A DNA stretch of 64,000 nt from Eledone cirrhosa (lineage: Eukaryota). The stretch is taken from the NCBI GenBank assembly GCA_964016885.1, contig OZ024763.1, forward strand, positions 15,128,001 through 15,192,000. Reading direction: 5' to 3'. Positions 26,105 through 39,637 of the stretch are shown here, one piece after another. The notes beneath the pieces are model-generated. The model did no database searches, was not told the DNA's origin, and saw only the letters and a program-made list of their open reading frames with translations. A program made the translations under genes and the position numbers. Every line of letters starts with the position of its first letter. Position 1 is the first letter of the stretch.

Positions 26105-26634
26105 CTTTTTCTTGTAGCGGACACTTCCACTTCTCTTGAGTGTACCACCCTTCACGACATCATCTTGTACTTCAATTTTTACTCCATCTGCGGCTGTGCG
26201 GACACTAAGCTCCAAAAGTTCAGGCACTGGTTGGACTTTCAACACAACAGAATCCGTCGAAGTCCGGATCATTTCGATAATTTCTTCTCTTTTGGCCTTC
26301 TCCACATTTTTATCGTTGACCTCGATTAGTCGGTCACCGGGTAATAGGCCGGTCTCGGTGGCTTTTGCTCCCGTGCCAGGTTCTGCGAAGATGACCGTCT
26401 GCTTGGTTCCGAAACAGTCCGTGTTATTTCGTTGCATGACGACACCCTTGCGGAGAGAGAAGCCGAAGTCACCCCCAGGCTGTCGTCTCAGGGTCAGGGT
26501 TCGAATGCGTCCGGGTCGGGGCGGGACTATGGAGGGCAGATGGAGATCAAAGCCAAACGTCTTTTCAGCTGGGCTCGTAGGGGGTGGAGGGATTGCCCCG
26601 GCCGCTTCATCCTCTGTCGCCATCTTTGGACGGT
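26105..26634 (-). CDS. MYO18A: Exon encoding the N-terminal PDZ domain of unconventional myosin-XVIII (MYO18A-like)
   Basis: Translation DLHLPSIVPP..LRRQPGGDFGFSLRK..VIFAEPGTG..GLLPGDRLIEVNDKNVEKAKREEIIEMIRTSTDSVVLKVQPVPELLELS matches the myosin-18 PDZ motifs as I recall them (GDFGFSLR, FAEPG, LxPGDRL, LKVQPxPEL). Acceptor tttttttaatcgtag| at 26634 (phase 1), donor AAG|gtgagt at 26105 (phase 0). ATG at 26623 is in a good Kozak context (AAGATGG). Confidence 0.93.
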
Positions 26635-27758
26635 CTACGATTAAAAAAAAAATAATAATAATAATAATAATAATAATAATTAAAATCTAATAAAAAGGGA
26701 GGAAAAAATTTTTTCGGAATTTGAAAATATAGTCGCCACAGTGCTGATAACTACAGTAATAGTTGATAACTATAAATAATAGTTGAATACATCAACTAAA
26801 GTACCCCTGGGGTCAGGAAAATGGAGTGAGAGAGACACCTACAGGGAATTGGTCCACATATGTCTTGCATGCTGCACAAGCATGTTAAGAATACGAAAAC
26901 AAAAATCAATCAATTTTCTTGTTAATTTTGGGGGGCTTTGGGGGGAGGTTTTTTGGAGGGGGTCATGGGAAGGCTGGAGGAGTTTTGTTGTTTTCTTTAC
27001 CTAGTGTTTAAAAAATCGTCTCCATTTTGCTTGTGCTGTTCTGCAGAGAATAAACCGAAATACTTTATTAAGTCTCAGTCTGGCATGTTACTTGTACGTA
27101 TTCCATTAAATAATATTGACAAAGTGGACAAATATTTCATCAAAACTGGAGACAATGAAATACATTTTATGTGGTTCCATAGTGTTTAGAATAATGAGGT
27201 GAAAAGATGACACACACACACATACAAAGGCATACATACACAGATGCAAACACATACAGACACACACACACACACACACACACAAAGGCATACATACACA
27301 AGGACACACACACACACAAAGGCAGACACAAACACACACATACACGGGCAGACACACAAATACACACACAAAGGCATACATACACAGACACAAACACATA
27401 CATACATGTGCAGACACCCACACACACACAAAGCATACATACACATACACACACACATGCAGACACACACATACATATGCAGACATACACACTCACGCAT
27501 GCAGACATACACACACACATGCAGACACACACACACGTGTAGGCATACATAAACACACACACACGTGTAGGCATACATAAACACACACACACTGGAGGCA
27601 GCAACCATCTGTAAAATACACACAGATCATGTGACAAAAACCATCACCTCTGCCACCATAACCATCATCACCCCAAACATCAGCACAAACACTAACAACA
27701 TTACTACCACTATCATATACATTCACAAAACTCTACAAGCTGTTGACTCCTTAATTTG

Positions 27759-29305
27759 GACCAAGGAAACAATGTTTCCATTGGTCTTTCCATTGTTGAT
27801 ACTGTCTGTTAGTCACAACTCCTGGCAAAAGAAAGATGATCTTTAGATCAGACCAAGGAAACAATGTTTCCATTGGTCTTTCCATTGTTGATACTGTCTG
27901 TTAGTCACAACTCCTGGCAAAAGAAAGATGATCTTTAGATCAGACCAAGGAAACAATGTTTCCATTGGTCTTTCCATTGTTGATACTGTCTGTTAGTCAC
28001 AACTCCTGGCAAAAGAAAGATGATCTTTAGATCAGACCAAGGAAACAATGTTTCCATTGGTCTTTCCATTGTTGATACTGTCTGTTAGTCACAACTCCTG
28101 GCAAAAGAAAGATGATCTTTAGATCAGACCAAGGAAACAATGTTTCCATTGGTCTTTCCATTGTTGATACTGTCTGTTAGTCACAACTCCTGGCAAAAGA
28201 AAGATGATCTTTAGATCAGACCAAGGAAACAATGTTTCCATTGGTCTTTCCATTGTTGATACTGTCTGTTAGTCACAACTCCTGGCAAAAGAAAGATGAT
28301 CTTTAGATCAGACCAAGGAAACAATGTTTCCATTGGTCTTTCCATTGTTGATACTGTCTGTTAGTCACAACTCCTGGCAAAAGAAAGATGATCTTTAGAT
28401 CAGACCAAGGAAACAATGTTTCCATTGGTCTTTCCATTGTTGATACTGTCTGTTAGTCACAACTCCTGGCAAAAGAAAGATGATCTTTAGATCAGACCAA
28501 GGAAACAATGTTTCCATTGGTCTTTCCATTGTTGATACTGTCTGTTAGTCACAACTCCTGGCAAAAGAAAGATGATCTTTAGATCAGACCAAGGAAACAA
28601 TGTTTCCATTGGTCTTTCCATTGTTGATACTGTCTGTTAGTCACAACTCCTGGCAAAAGAAAGATGATCTTTAGATCAGACCAAGGAAACAATGTTTCCA
28701 TTGGTCTTTCCATTGTTGATACTGTCTGTTAGTTACAACTGCTGGCAAAAGAAAGATGATCTTTAGATCAGACCAAGGAAACAATGTTTCCATTGGTCTT
28801 TCCATTGTTGATACTGTCTGTTAGTCACAACTCCTGGCAAAAGAAAGATGATCTTTAGATCAGACCAAGGAAACAATGTTTCCATTGGTCTTTCCATTGT
28901 TGATACTGTCTGTTAGTTACAACTGCTGGCAAAAGAAAGATGATCTTTAGATCAGACCAAGGAAACAATGTTTCCATTGGTCTTTCCATTGCTGATACTG
29001 TCTGTTAGTTACAACTCCTGGCAAAAGAAAGATGATCTTTAGATCAGACCAAGGAAACAATGTTTCCATTGGTCTTTCCATTGTTGATACTGTCTGTTAG
29101 TCACAACTCCTGGCAAAAGAAAGATGATCTTTAGATCAGACGAAGGAAACAATGTTTCCACTGGTCTTTCCATTGCTGATACTGTCTGTTAGTCACAACT
29201 CCTGGCAAAAGAAAGATGATCTTTAGATCAGACCAAGGAAACAATGTTTCCATTAGTTTTTCCATTGTTGATACTATCTATCTGTTGGTCACAACTCCTG
29301 GCAGA
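27759..29305 (-). repeat. 92-bp tandem array, about 17 near-identical units, homologous and inverted relative to the 95-bp array at 10 kb
   Basis: ccaaggaaacaatgtttccattggtc at 27761, 27853 and onward. Further related units at 48560-48845. Confidence 0.92.
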
Positions 29306-29557
29306 ATGAGGTGGGATTTGAACTTAGATAACTGCAGAGCATCCCATCTGAAACTTTAACAATACCACCAGTCCACTCTTCCTGGGCAATGACTTTATTT
29401 ATTGTCTGCCTTCTTCTTGCCCCTACACACTGCCCCACCTGAAAGAATGAAAGCTACAGTTGACCTCAGTTGAACTCATAGCTCAGAGAGTTGGGACATA
29501 TATAAAGGTGTTTAATCCAATGATTCAACAACTTTGCCAATTCACTGCTGGCTGCAA

Positions 29558-30090
29558 AGAACCACCAGAAACCACTAGAAACTATTAGAGGACACTAGAA
29601 ACCACATGAAGCCACTAAAAATCACCTAAGAAGCCCCTATAAATAAATAGAAGCCACCAACTAAGAAGCCCCTATAAATCAATAGAAGCCACCAGAAATC
29701 ACTAAATGCCACTAAAAATTCCCCCAAACCATCAAAAGCCACTAGACACCTCAGAAATCACCAGAAGCCACTACAAGTCACTGGAAATTCCCCAAAAACC
29801 ACTATAAATCCTCAGAAGTCACTAGAAATCCCCAGAAATCACTAGAAACCACTAAAAGCCCCTATAAATCCTCAAAAGCCACTATAAATCCCTAGAAACC
29901 ACTATAAATCCCTAGAAGCCACTATAAACCACTTGAAACCGCTAAAAAACCACTATAAATCCCCAGAAGTCACTAGAAATCTTCAGAAATCACTAGAAAC
30001 CACTAAAAGCAACTAGAAATCCTTAGAAACTACTTTAAATCCCCATAAACCACGAGAAACCACTAAAAATCACTAAAAGCCACCAATAAA
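29558..30090. repeat. Degenerate 10-11-bp minisatellite (gaaaccacta/aaatcccta)
   Basis: Direct inspection. Confidence 0.8.
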
Positions 30091-30344
30091 CACCAAATTA
30101 CTGAAACAAAAAGATTGAAATATATGCCATTCCAGATCACAATGGTAAAAATGGAATTTCTAGAGTTAAAAAAACACAAAAAGTGAAGCTATTGTAAAAA
30201 CCACAAACACGGCCATTGTAATTATTTTCTACTTGCAATGAATTGTTGTGTTGGTATTTGAAGTCTTTTAGATGTATTCTTTGGATTGTTGTTGTTGTTG
30301 TTTTGTGGTTTATTTATTTACTTATTTACTCAGTGAATTGGTTT

Positions 30345-30690
30345 CATCATCATCAACAACACCATCATCACTACCATCACAACAACCCAACCAACATCAC
30401 TATCATCACCATCACCATTGTCTATGATCTATACCATCTGCATTCATCATCATCATCATCAACAACACCATCATCACTACCATCACAACAACCCAACCAA
30501 CATCACTATCATCACCATCACCATTGTCTATGATCTATACCATCTGCATTCATCATCATCATCATCAACAACACCATCATCACTACCATCACAACAACCC
30601 AACCAACATCACTATCATCACCATCACCATTGTCTATGATCTATACCATCTGCATTCATCATCATCATCATCAACAACACCATCATCACA
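30345..30690. repeat. 106-bp unit repeated about 3 times within a CAT/CAC-rich tract
   Basis: tgtctatgatctataccatctgcattc repeated, giving ORF starts at 30418, 30524 and 30630. Confidence 0.85.
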
Positions 30691-32223
30691 ACCACCACCA
30701 TCATCATCATCACAACCATCACAACAATCAGCATCATAACATCTATCATCACCATCATCACAAACTATATCAACCTCACCACCACCATCAACACCACCAC
30801 CAACACCACCACCACCACTGCCAACACCACCACCACCAACACCACCACCAACAGATTGGTTAAAAAACTTCATTGTAATCCCTCCCCCCTCCCCACTAGT
30901 CTGTCTGTGCGTCTGTCTTTAGATATTGGATCAAAAGAACAAATGATAAAGGAAGAAGTGTATGAGAGGTGGGTGGGGGAGCGACAGAGAGAGTGGGGTG
31001 GAAGGATTGATTAAAAGGTTCATTGTAGTACTGCTGGTCTATATATCTGCTCTGTCTGTGGGTCTGTTGGTCTGTTGGTCTGTTATTGCAGATGTCTGTC
31101 TGTCTGTGTCAGTCTGTCTGTGTGTCAGTCTGTCTGTGTGTCAGTCTGTCTGTCAGTCTGTCTGTGTGTCAGTCTGTCTGTCAGTCTGTCTGTCTATCAG
31201 TCTGTCTGTGTCTGTATGTCTGTCTGTGTGTCTGTATGTCTGTCTGTCTGTATGTCTGTGTCTGTCTGTATGTCTATCTGTCAGTGTACCAGTCTTTCAG
31301 TCTATCCATCTGTCAGTGTGTCTGTCTGACAGCCTGTTTGTCTGTCTGTCTATTTGTCTGTCTGTGTCTGTCTATCTATCTATTTTTATATCTGTCTGTC
31401 TGACAGCCTGTCTGTCTGACTGTATGTCTGTCTGACTGTATGTCTGTCTGACTGTATGTCTGTCTGACTGTATGTCTGTCTGACTGTATGTCTGTCTGAC
31501 TGTATGTCTGTCTGTCTCTCTGTGTGTCTGACTGTATGTCTGTCTCTCTCTGTGTGTCTGTCTGTCTGTCTGTAGTTAGATATTGGCACAAAATAAACAT
31601 TCCAATTTTAACAAAAAAGTCTTTCATAGTTTTCTATTCTTTTCCAAACTAACAAAGACAACCCTCAAGACACACTCACCACACCCAACACCATACCACC
31701 ACACCACCATACCACTCACAATACCACACCACCCACCACACCACCATACCAAGCACACCAATACACTCAACACCATACCACCACACCACCACACCCAACA
31801 CCATACCACCCACCACATCTCTCACCATACCAACCATAACAACCACACCACACAATACCAGACCTCCACACAACCCCAACCACTATACCACCACACACCA
31901 TACTACCACACCAAACACAATACCACCCACCACCGACCACACCACGCCAACCATTATACCACACACACCGGCCACCATACCAATCACACCATACACAATA
32001 CCAACCACCACACCAAACTACCCATCAACATACCATACCACCACACCATCCAGAGATAACAGCACCATAGCAGCAACAGATGATTAAATAAATGAAATAT
32101 ATGAGCAATTGTGTTGCTGAGATCAATTATAAATAACTGGGTTGTCTAGGTTTGTTTCAACTGACACAAGTTGTAGGGGAAGGGCAACACAGTTTAAGCC
32201 AGTTATATCTCTCTCTCTCATAT

Positions 32224-32752
32224 CATCATCATTTTACATCCACTTTTCCCTGCTTGCAAGGGTTGGACGGGTCCTATTCAGCACAGCATCTCTCCACTTG
32301 TCACGGTCCTTCGTCATCTCCTCCATGAGCTTCAGCGATCTGAGGTCTGCTCTCACCACGTCCGCCCATGTTTTTCATGGGCTACCCCCTACTGCGTCTT
32401 CCTTCTACTGGGATTTCTTGGCACTTCGTTACCCAGCGGTCATCCTCCATACCATCTCAGCCTTCTCTCCTGCACACCACAACTTATCCCTCTTATACCC
32501 AGTTTCTTTCTCAACTCGTCCATGATTGGTCGTTCACGCACATTGACTTTGCACATCCAACGGAGCATACTTGCTTCATTTCTCTCCAGCCGTCGCATAT
32601 CTTCTGCAGTTGCTGCCCATGTCTCACAACCATGCAGCATCGCGCATCTCACACAGGCATCATATGACCGTCCTTTCGTACGCAGAGAGAAACCCTTCTT
32701 AGTCAACAGAGGAAGCAGCTCCCTAAACTTCTTCCAACCTGTCCTTATTCTA
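32224..32752 (-). mobile_element. 5'-truncated RTE LINE
   Basis: SRIRTGWKKFRELLPLLT..AMLHGCETWAATAEDMRRLERNEASMLRWMC..ERRLRWYG, with a (GAT)n tail. Confidence 0.88.
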
Positions 32753-32817
32753 GATACTATATATATTCCAATTCCCCACCCCGCCCACCCCTTCAATCTT
32801 TCTAATTTCTCATTCTT

Positions 32818-32853
32818 TCTTCTGATGAAGGACTAGCATCTGAAACGTTAAGA
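32818..32853 (+). ncRNA. Ultra-minimal hammerhead motif (36 nt)
   Basis: tctt-CTGATGA-aggactagcatct-GAAA-cg-TT-aaga. Loopless palindromic stem III (AACGTT), then a tail of about 90 nt and (TA)n. Confidence 0.65.
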
Positions 32854-32970
32854 CCCTCTTCCTGCTATTTCAACCATTAACCTAATATATTCCTTCCATA
32901 TACTGTACCGATTGTGTTGTTATTTCTGTTTACCTTTTACATATATATATACTAGCAGAATGGCCCGGTG

Positions 32971-34350
32971 TTGTAAATACATTATCGGAGAAAGCTAATA
33001 GCGATACTCCGGCCAAATCCCAACTCACTCAACAAACATTAGGAAATAAGTGAGTATATTCCTAATTAAATGTTCGGGGTGCTAACTAATTGTATTGTGT
33101 GGAAAATTGGCTGTATTATTTCATATGAGATATATCAAATATATCTCTTCCCAGACGGACGTCTCATTTCATTATAAGATTCCTACAAGTTGGGTGAAAT
33201 TATACCAATTTATGTAGAAGCTTGTATAAGATCAACAGATACTTATTCAAGTGGGCTCTTATAATTCTTCAGTGGGTGCGCAATAATATTAATATTGATA
33301 ATCAAATCAACATCAATATTTAGTGATAATCACCATCAGTGCTTGAGGTAGCTGCTAGGTTGCTAGCCCAGCAGTTCTAACAAAATTCTCATACTGTCTC
33401 AAAAAAAGAGGAAGGAGAATTACCGCCAAAAAACAATACATGCGCAGGACAATGAATTCTAAAAGGAATTCAAGCCACGTGCTAGAACTCAATTGGAATT
33501 TGAAAAAATATCCATATGTGTACATCGTTTGATGACGCACAGATATTTTCTCGGGCAAAATAACAGAATGAGATACAAGAAACAATCAATATTCATATAT
33601 AAAAGGCACATGGAGGCACATGGCTTAGTGGGTAGAGCATTGGCCTTGCAATCAAAAGGCTGTGAGTTCAATTCTCAGACCGGGTGATGTGTTGTTTCCT
33701 TGAGCAAGACACTTTATTTCACATTGCTCCAGTTTACTCAGCTGTAGAAATGAGATGATAGGGACTGGGGTCCCTATCATTCCACTGCAAAGTGGTCGTG
33801 GAGGTGCCACGGCAAAAAAGCACCCAGCACTCACTGTAAATGAGGTTGGTGTTGGGAAGGGCATCCAGCTGTAGAAATCAAGCCAGCATCAGTTCCCGTA
33901 TGAGCAAGACATGGTCAGCCGACCAGACACTGCCCACAACAGGACAACCCGTCTAACCCATGCTAACGTGGAAGAATGGACGTAAAACGGTGATGATGAT
34001 GACATATATATATATATTAGTGTTAGGAAGGGCACCCAACTGTAAAATACCCGGCCAGAGTCTGCATTCGCGCATGGTGTGGCATGGCCAACTTTGGCCA
34101 GGCTTGCCTTCTGGCATGGACGACCCGTCTAACTCATGCAAGCATGACAGGAGGCCAGATTGTTACCGCACCACTAATAGAATCATATATCAATGATGAT
34201 TGAGTTGTGTTATGTTGAGTGCTTTTCCTACTATTGCATCATGATTAACTAAACAGAATGACCAGTTCTATCCAGTGGTGAACCACCAACTTCAATGTAT
34301 ATATTTGGCCGGAGTATCGCTATTAGCTTTCTCCGATAATGTATTTATAA
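32971..34350. mobile_element. Unclassified element bounded by a 45-bp inverted repeat, with SINE insertions inside
   Basis: taaatacattatcggagaaagctaatagcgatactccggccaaat (32974-33018) versus its reverse complement (34303-34347). Confidence 0.55.
33612..34000 (+). mobile_element. tRNA-derived SINE family 1
   Basis: Same head, body and (GAT)n tail as the 5385 copy. Confidence 0.85.
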
Positions 34351-34607
34351 AATTACTCTTGGTGCAACGGATATGAACTTCCTGATATAAGGTTTGACTC
34401 TCTTTGTTTATTTTTCATTTCATTTCATTTCATTTCATTTCATTTCATTTCATTTCATTTTACGTCCGCTTTTTCCCTGCTTGCAAGGGTGGGACAGGAA
34501 CTGATTCTGGCTTGATTTCTACAGCTGGATGCCCTTCCTAACACCAACCTCATTTACAGTGAGTGCTGGGTGCTTTTTTGCCGTGGCACCTCCACGACCA
34601 CTTTGCA

Positions 34608-35277
34608 GTGTGCTCGTAAAGGGCGGCGGGCCGCAGGTGTGCTTGTAAAGGGCAGCGGGCCGCAGGTGTGCTTTGTAAAGGGTGGCAGGCCGCAGGTGTG
34701 CTTTGTAAAGGGTGGCAGGCCGCAGGTGTGCTTGTAAAGGGTGGCAGGCCGCAGGTGTGCTTGTAAAGGGCGGCAAGCCGTAGGTGTGCTTGTAAAGGGC
34801 GGCAGGCCGCAGGTGTGCTTGTAAAGGGCGGCAGGCCGCGGGTGTGCTTGTGAAGGGCGGCAGGCCGCAGGTGTGCTTGTAAAGGGCGGCAGGCCGCGGG
34901 TGTGCTTGTAAAGGGCGGCAGGCCGCGGGTGTGCTTGTAAAGGGCGGCAGGCCACAGGTGTGCTTGTAAAGGGCGGCAGGCCGCAGGTGTGCTTGTAAAG
35001 GGCGGCAGGCCGCAGGTGTGCTTGTAAAGGGCGGCAGGCCGCAGGCGTGCTTGTAAAGGGCGGCAGGCCGCAGGTGTGCTTGTAAAGGGCGGCAGGCCGC
35101 AGGTGTGCTTGTAAAGGGCGGCAGGCCGCAGGTGTGCTTGTAAAGGGCGGCAGGCCGCGGGTGTGCTTGTAAAGGGCGGCAGGCCGCGGGTGTGCTTGTA
35201 AAGGGCGGCAGGCCACAGGTGTGCTTGTAAAGGGTGGCAGGCCGCATGTGTGCTTGTAAAGGGCGGCAGGCCGCATG
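34608..35277. repeat. GC-rich 29-bp minisatellite, about 23 units
   Basis: gtgtgcttgtaaagggcggcaggccgcag. Confidence 0.92.
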
Positions 35278-35377
35278 TTTGTCATGCCTGGATTAGAGAA
35301 AAAACACAATCAGTAAAACAGTAATGGAATGAAAAATAACATTTTTTTATAGTTAAGGCCTTAATATGCCCCTTCCT

Positions 35378-35718
35378 TATGTGGTAGAAAGGATCAGTAT
35401 TTCAGATAGTTTTCTCCACATGTGGCAGAAAGGATCAGTGTTTCACATAGTTCTCTCCACATGTGGCAGAAAGGATCAGTGTCTCGCATAGTTCTCTCCA
35501 CATGTGGTAGAAAGGATCAGTGTTTCACATAGTTTTCTCCACATGTGGCAGAAAAGATCAGTGTCTCGCATAGTTCTCTCCGCATGTGGTAGAAAGGATC
35601 AGTGTTTCACATAGTTTTCTCCACATGTGGCAGAAAAGATCAGTGTTTCACATAGTTCTCTCCACATGTGACAGCAAGGATCAGTGTTTCAGATAGTTCT
35701 GCCCACATGTAGCAGAAA
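35378..35718. repeat. 41-bp minisatellite, about 8 units
   Basis: ccacatgtggcagaaaggatcagtgtttcacatagttctct. Confidence 0.88.
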
Positions 35719-35798
35719 ATCCATGGCTTGCTCTAATTCATTCTATGTGTGACATTCTTGGTGTTCACTGGAGTAAACATTCTACAGACACCAAAATA

Positions 35799-36141
35799 CA
35801 GTGGTACCTCGGTTCAGGAACTTATTTAATTCCTGAAGGCTGGATCGTCATCTGAAATGTTTGTAAACTGAAACTACTTTTCCCATATGAAATGTTGAGA
35901 GAGAAATACAGTGAGAGAGAGATTATCTGTGAAAGATAGATAGATATCCCCATAGTAACTAACTACACAGCATCTGATGCTTTCCTGCCAATACTCCCAG
36001 CTTGTTGCCAACTGTTGTTGCCGGCTTGCATGTTCGTTACTCGAGACGCCGTTCATTAACTGAGACATTTTATGTTTTGAAAAATTGTTCATGAACCAAT
36101 TTTTTCGTGATACAAAGCATTCTTGAACTGAGACTCCACTG
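35799..36141. mobile_element. pogo/Tigger-type MITE (degenerate)
   Basis: ta|cagtggtacctcggttc ... gaactgagactccactg imperfect TIRs. Confidence 0.6.
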
Positions 36142-36334
36142 AACTACAAAATGGAAGAGCAGTCAGCAAAGCTCACATCCACCAGCACCAACTTTGATGG
36201 GTAAGCCACGTTATTAGATTTCACGACAACAGAATTGCAAAGCAAGCTCTTATGACAAGTTAACACCTGATGCAAGACTACAGCCACAACACAAACCAAA
36301 ACTGTGCTACAAGGACTGTGCGAAAGAATCCTTA

Positions 36335-36546
36335 ACAACTTTAGCATTTACATTACTCTTTATTTACTATTGTATTTTTGCAGTAAAGGCTTTTTATCTC
36401 ACATAATATTGAATCTATGAGATTTTGATGTTATTTATTTTGAGGACAATACCTTAACGTCAGTATGAGTGGCTGGTTATGGTTTGTTTGAACAGAAAGA
36501 GGTGAGAGACATCTGGCCAGATATAGCCGGTTTAAATGCTAAAGGG
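36335..36546 (+). mobile_element. piggyBac-type MITE, unexpanded copy of about 210 bp
   Basis: ttaacaactttagcatttac ... tttaaatgctaaaggg|ttaa. Confidence 0.6.
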
Positions 36547-37084
36547 TTAACGCAGTGCAAAATTGACACATCTTGCTAAGAGGTTACGACATTCAGGGAA
36601 ACGCCTTTGCCATCCTGTTCGCCGGGGCTGTGGGTGGGCCCCATCGCGTACCATTACATTAGTTAAATACCATTCTTTCATCTCTTACAATAATGCCCAT
36701 CTATATCATAGATTACTGACACAACCACCACAAATAGAAACAACTGGTGCACCACTATATTAACAGAGTAAGTCTTTTTCAAGAATGTGTTTCGAAAAAG
36801 CTGCATGCTGAATGCTAGCCTAAGAAACAGCAGCAAGTGGAGACCTATCTACCTCAGTTTGTATACAATGTATGTAGCTGAGTATATCTGTCAAATGCTG
36901 GCTTTACAAGCCATGTATGTAAATAGGCAGAAATGCCATTGGTCAAATATGACCAATTCCTTGGAGCCAATGTGACATGTGATACATGTAGCAGAGAAAT
37001 GTCAAATAAGTCAGGACTTACAGGGCAACCAAAAATACATAATTATGGTCTAGATCAGAGTGAAGAGCCAAAAATACTAATTTT

Positions 37085-38514
37085 ACCAACACCACCACCA
37101 CCAACATAGCCGACATTACACAACCATCACTACCGCTACCACCATGACAGTACTTCCACTACAACCATCATCTCTATGCCATCACCACCACCATCATAAC
37201 CAACACTACACAACCATCACCACCAATACTACACAACCATCACCACCACCACCAATACTACACAACCATCACCACCACTACCACCACCAATACTACACAA
37301 CCATCACCACCACTACCACCACCAATACTACACAACCATCACCATCACTACCAATACTACACAACCATCACCACCACTACCACCACCAATACTACACAAC
37401 CATCACCACCACTACCACCACCAATACTACACAACCACCACCACCACTACCAATACTACACAACCATCACCACCACTACCACCACCAATACTACACAACC
37501 ATCACCACCACTACCACCACCAATACTACACAACCATCACCACCAACACTACACAACCATCACCACCACCATGATAGTACTCCCACCACCACCACTACCA
37601 CCACCACTACACAACCATCATCACCACTCCCACCACCACCACTACACAACCATCATCACCACTCCCACCAGCACCACCACTACACAACCATCACCACCAC
37701 CATGATAGTACTCCCACCACCACCACTACACAACCATCAGCACCACTACCACCACCACCATGACAGTACTCCACCACGACCACCACTACACAACTATCAC
37801 CACCACTACCACCATCACCACCACCACAGCCAACACTACACAACCATCACCACCACTACCACCACCACCATGACAGTACTCCCACCACCACCACTGCACA
37901 ACTATCACCACCACTACCACCAACACCACCACCACAACCAACAGTACACAACCATCACCACCAACACCACTACCACCATGATAGTACTCCCACTATAACC
38001 ACCACCGCTACAGCCAACATCACACAACCACCAAGACAATACTGCTACCACCACTAACAACAACAACAACAACAACACCACAGTACAGTAACCATAACAT
38101 AACTACTGATTAACTCATAATTGTGTCAACACTGACATTTTATACCACCCTTCCACCGCTACCATCACACCATCGGCTCCACCACACCGCCACCACCACA
38201 CCAACCATCATCACAACCACAAACACTCCACCACCACCACTAACATCACATTATCATTCCACTGCCACCATCACAACCACTTCACCACCACCATCACACC
38301 ACCACAAACACTCTGCCGCCGCCATCCCCACTACCATCACAACCACAAACACTTCACCACCACCATGACACCACCACAATCAACAACACATCACCAACAT
38401 CTCCCCCTCATTGCCCCCACCACACCACCACTACCACACCACCGCTGCCACCTTGGTATGGCATACATACTCACCTGTCTGTGAATGTGTGTATATATGT
38501 GTCTGCCTACATAT

Positions 38515-38613
<99 letters not shown>

Positions 38614-38696
38614 ATCTTTCTCACTATACATACATATATATATAAATATACACACACACACACACACACACGTGTGTATGTATGCATCTTTCTCAC

Positions 38697-38743
<47 letters not shown>

Positions 38744-38747
38744 TCAC

Positions 38748-38803
<56 letters not shown>

Positions 38804-38911
38804 ATCTTTCTCACTATACATACATACATATATATATAAATATATACACACACGTGTGTATGTATGCATCTTTCTCACTATATATATATATATATACACA
38901 CACATACTCAC

Positions 38912-38978
<67 letters not shown>

Positions 38979-39083
38979 CATCTTTCTCACTATACATACA
39001 TATATATATAAATATATACACACACGTGTGTATGTATGCATCTTTCTCACTATATATATATATATATACACACACATACTCAC

Positions 39084-39149
<66 letters not shown>

Positions 39150-39150
39150 C
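37085..39150. repeat. ACC-rich minisatellite followed by a (GT)n/(TA)n compound tandem
   Basis: Direct inspection. Confidence 0.88.
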
Positions 39151-39300
39151 TGATTACATTTTATTCAGGTCACTATAACAACTTTGACCTCAACATAGAG
39201 GTTACAGTACAATCTTTCCTAACCTTTGACCTCTCCTTCATTTTGATTTCCTATGGCCTGCTAAAGTCTGCTCACTGTAATACACATATGTGTGTATGTG

Positions 39301-39353
<53 letters not shown>

Positions 39354-39432
39354 GTAGGTCCCCCCCCCCCGGGTTGAGTCGGGGATAACCACAGTAAGTA
39401 AGGTACTCAATACATGGCAGAGTAAAATTTTT

Positions 39433-39552
39433 TATTTTATAGAAGGAGCTTCTACAGGACTAGTACTGTTTCATTCAGATGAAATCTTCAGGAAGCTTCC
39501 TGAAGATTTCATCTGAATGAAACAGTACTAGTCCTGTAGAAGCTCCTTCTAT

Positions 39553-39558
<6 letters not shown>
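39433..39558. repeat. Perfect spacerless 126-bp palindrome (element tail at 39352-39432)
   Basis: Axis ggaag|cttcc at 39495/39496, 63-bp arms. Confidence 0.92.
39494..39544 (+). ncRNA. Type I hammerhead motif (identical mirror 39447-39497 on minus)
   Basis: agcttc-CTGAAGA-t ttc atct gaa t-GAAA-cag tactagtc ctg-TA-gaagct. Confidence 0.7.
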
Positions 39559-39589
<31 letters not shown>

Positions 39590-39605
39590 ATTACAGTGAG
39601 CAGAC

Positions 39606-39637
<32 letters not shown>

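Noticed and set aside
27759-29305. CRISPR-like array (also 44148-44955 and 34608-35277)
   Set aside because: Pure tandem units without unique spacers, in an animal genome with no cas genes.
38465-38520. Strong minus-strand donor CAG|gtgagt
   Set aside because: The upstream sequence is CA/TA microsatellite with no credible acceptor.
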